DNA from: Mobula birostris
Lineage: Eukaryota
Length of the DNA stretch: 64,000 bases
Assembly: GCF_030028105.1 (NCBI RefSeq)
Contig: NC_092390.1
Span: 49,210,777-49,274,776, forward strand
Reading direction: 5' to 3'
Part shown: piece after piece, positions 60,499 through 64,000 of the stretch
Layout of the letters: every line of letters starts with the position of its first letter
Numbering within the stretch: the stretch's first letter is position 1
The notes under the pieces: model-generated
The model's input: only the letters and a program-made list of their open reading frames with translations
The model's database searches: none
What the model was told of the DNA's origin: nothing
Made by a program: the position numbers and the translations under genes

Positions 60499-62040
60499 AT
60501 TGTGCACAAGTGCAGTATGATACCGTACAATGAAAAATTTGCTTGTAAGCAGCATCACAGGACGTCGTTGAGCACCCTGACTAGATACAATTCACATTTT
60601 TTCAGCTACTGTATGCCATATTCTGGGCATGACAACTCTCATGACCAAAACCTGGATCCTATGAACCAAAGTATAATGCAGTTGTACTGAGAAGCCTGAG
60701 TATATTTTATTTCTGGTGTGTTCCCCCAGACAGAGGCAGGGCAATGGTGAGCACAAAACTTTACACTACAGGTGACCGAGGCTCATTTCTCGCCACCGCC
60801 TGTAAGTTATTTTCTCCCCACTATCGCGTGGGTTTCCTCCGGGTGCCCTGTTTCCTCCCACAGTCCAAAGACGTGCCGATTGCTAGGTTAATTGGTCATT
60901 GTAAATTGTCCTGTGTTTAGGCTAGGGTTAAACTGGGAGGACTGCAGGCGCTCAAAGGACCGGAAGGGGCTATTCCGCGCTGTATCTCAATTAAAAGAAT
61001 AAATAATGTATTGAATCATGGTTATTAAGATTAAATAAATGGAACATTATAGTTCCTTTGATTTTCAAGGTGCGTTAATAGAACATGAATCAAGATTACT
61101 AGCCAAAATCGTTCTCTGCTTTCTAAAATCCAATACTAAACCAAGCTGACATTTTTTAAAGAGGTGCTACATCTCGGACCCATCAAATTACCATCTACAA
61201 ATATAAAAGTGGTTGCTGAATTGGTCAAACACGAAATTGCGCGTCCCATCGGCATTTCCCAATTCTCTTCCGGCGATTTAGATTTTTTTTGAATTAAATT
61301 GTCACCGTCTCCTTGGAAACAATGAACCCTGAATGATGCTGCAGTCAAACAGGCCGATTTACAAAAGAATCTACACTTTTCCTCTCAGCTGAGCAAATTA
61401 ACCAGCAAATTGGTGTCAACTCTGAAAATTTACAGTTTGCTTCTATCAGCGTCCTGAAACCGCCGACAGCTTTGTTCAGCCCCGAGTGAATATTTACTGA
61501 AAAGTTCGCAAACTCCGTTCCTTCCGATGTGCCGTTGTCCTTTTTAATCGAGGGGATGATTTTTGTTTTGAAAAGAAAGGCTATTTAAAATGCAAAACAA
61601 AGTCACAAAAGTTAACTAAGCTGGAAAACACGAAAATGCAATTGAATTAAAGTTCTCCAATTCGGCTCAACACTCTGATAACTCAAGACAACGACAGGGG
61701 TCAAATTTACATTCCTTAAATATGTTGTTTACTAAAAACACAAGTGTAGAGGAGAAATTGACCTCATCTTGGTGACAAATCTCAGCATGTCACCCTTGCA
61801 AATGCAGAACAAAAAAGGGCGCAACAGCTTGGTGTTTAATTTACAAAATAATATTCGAGTAAGTGTATCATTGATGGGCTAATAAATCACCAAGGACTGA
61901 AGAGATTCGTTGCCTTAAAGAAGTTATTTAAGATTAAGAATTGTTTGAGGGGGGGTTGGGTCAAAGAGCTTGTGGTACATAAATTCAGGCTCCTCGCACG
62001 GTGGCCAGTGCAAGAGTAGACATTTGCGAGGCCATCAGCA

Positions 62041-62190
62041 ATGTGGGTGGCTCTGCAGCTGGGCTTGCTGTCGGTTTCCGCCATCGTCCGGACCAGCTGC
62101 GAGAAACCTTTCCACAACCGCGACCGCTCGGACATGGCGCCATCCTTGCAACGCTGGGCACCTCTCATCCTCGACCAGGTGGCCGCAGAG
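62041..62190 (+). CDS. MMP21: matrix metalloproteinase 21, first coding exon (signal peptide + start of prodomain); rest beyond window
   Basis: MWVALQLGLLSVSAIVRTSC is a hydrophobic leader; FHNRDRSDMAPS...LDQVAAE resembles MMP21 FHSRDRSDLEPS...ADLHAAQ as recalled; GAG|gtaagt donor; same orientation downstream of UROS as in human. Confidence 0.88.
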
Positions 62191-62939
62191 GTAAGTGAGC
62201 ACGCCCCTCAGTTTGTGTCGCCTTAGCTCAACCTAACGCACTGAAATCCTCTTCAGCGATTAATTTCTTCATTTCCTCCATCTGCCGAAGTGGAGGAGGT
62301 TGCAATTTTGGGCTTGGTGCTTTGATAAACAGCCCGTCAGTTAAACGTAGTCCTGTGGAATTTATCTACAGTTTGGACCTTTCAGAAATCCTTACGCATC
62401 CCCTAACAGTTTTTTAACACGTTAACAGTGTTTTTCTATTAATTTCAATTCCCTTCATCTGCTGAAGAACACAACTGGAAATCCTGAATCATAATTGTTG
62501 AAAATAAACGAAACGAAACTTATTCACAAGCTCACAATCGTATTTAACAACTACAAATCGCAAAATGGAAGCAATCTCACCGAAAGATAACATAACCCAA
62601 AAGGAGAATTAATTACCATTTCTGTTGCAGTGCAGACGTCGTTACCTGTTAATTACTAATTGACAGTAATATCAGAAGCGAAATGATTTTTCCCCCTAGT
62701 CACACAATAAGCTTTCTAAAGTTGATTGTGTTGTACTCAAGTACAGAGGAGCCATTGATCAACAGCAGACCATACCTTAGATGTGGAAAAGGGTGGCTTT
62801 ATTCAATGAATGAGCCATTTGGTTTACATCATAGGATGCTCACTCTATGCTGAGTTCAGGCTTCCCAAACAGACAACGGATTACTCAGGTCGTTTTTGTG
62901 GTGATATTGCCACATTTGCTGAGTCGTTATTGAAATGAG

Positions 62940-64000
62940 TTAACTGTATTACTTACATCCTTCATATATATGAGTAAAAATCTTTACGTTATGTCTCTGT
63001 CTAAGTGTGCAATGTGCAATTTATAGTAATTTATAACAAATAGTATGTACAACAGGACAGCTAACATAACATAGAAATACTAATGTGTCAGCATGAATTA
63101 ATCAGTCTGATGGCCGGGTGGAAGAAGCTGTACCGGAGCTTATTGGTCCTGGCTTTTATGCTGCTTTTATCCCGATGGTAGCGGCTGGATCAGTTTGTGG
63201 TTGGGGTCGCTCGGGTCCCCAGTGATCCTTCGGGCCCTTTTTACACACCTGTCTTTGTAAATGTCCTGAATAGTGAATCTACAATTTCACATCTACAGAT
63301 GCGCTGGGCTGTCCGCACCACTTTCTGCAGAGTCCTGCGATTGACGGAAGTACAGTTCCCATACCAGACAGTGATGCAGCCAGTCAGGATGCTCTCAATT
63401 GTGCCCCTGTGGAAAGTTCTTAGGATTTGGGGGCCCATACAAAACTTCTTCAACTGTCTGAGGTGAAAGAGACACTGTTGTGCCTTTTTCACCACACAGC
63501 CGGACTACGTGAGATCCTCAGTGATGTGGATAGATGCTGAGGAACATCAAGCTGTTCACCCTCTCAATTCCAGATCCATTGATGTCAATAGAGGTTAGCC
63601 TGTCTCCATTCCTCCTGTAGTCCACAGCCAGCTCCTTTGTTTTTGTGACATTGAGGGTAAAGTGTCAGGGTAATGACTTCTTCTCTGTAGGCTTCCTCAT
63701 TATTATTTGAGATAAGGCCAATCAATGTAGTATCATCAGCAAATTTAATTAGCAGATTGGAGTTTTGGGTGGCGGCGCAGTCACAGGTATACAGAAAGTA
63801 AAGAAGGGGGCTTAGGATACAGCCCTGAGGGGCACCTGTGTTGAGGGTGAGAGGGGCAGAGGTGAGGGAGCCCACTCTTACCACCTGCCGGCGATCTGAC
63901 AGGAAGACTAGGATCCAGCTACACAAGGCAGGGTGAGGGCCGAGGTCTCTGAGCTTCTTGTCGAGCCTGGAGGATTATTATGGCATTGGACGCTAAACTG
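62940..64000 (-). mobile_element. Rex/Babar-type non-LTR retrotransposon fragment (in MMP21 intron 1)
   Basis: LNTGAPQGCILSPLLY, IKFADDTTLIGLI, KKAQQCLFHLRQLKKF...ESILTGCITVWYG. Confidence 0.85.

Overview
Vertebrate genomic DNA, AT-rich and repeat-dense. The repeat content (HE1/V-SINE-like SINEs, CR1, Rex/Babar, Penelope) suggests a cartilaginous fish, probably a ray; this is inference. The window holds the syntenic block known from human 10q26: DHX32 (+, last 10 coding exons, 5' end outside the window), BCCIP (-, complete, 7 exons, 295 aa, tail-to-tail with DHX32), a CpG-island bidirectional promoter, UROS (+, complete, 9 coding exons, 261 aa) and the first coding exon of MMP21 (+). All exons were delimited by hand with GT-AG boundaries and consistent phases. 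Introns contain decayed CR1, Rex1/Babar and Penelope-like retroelements, tRNA-derived SINEs, Tc1/mariner and hAT MITEs, and a non-autonomous Helitron with STPR-like repeats. Main highlight: a family of short fold-back Penelope-derived insertions carrying minimal hammerhead-ribozyme cores and variable-length TSDs, one of which duplicated and rebuilt a UROS splice donor. Other highlights: Pro at conserved UROS Thr62, interlocked DHX32/BCCIP polyA signals, a candidate erythroid UROS promoter, and a DETH motif plus a CaaX end in DHX32.
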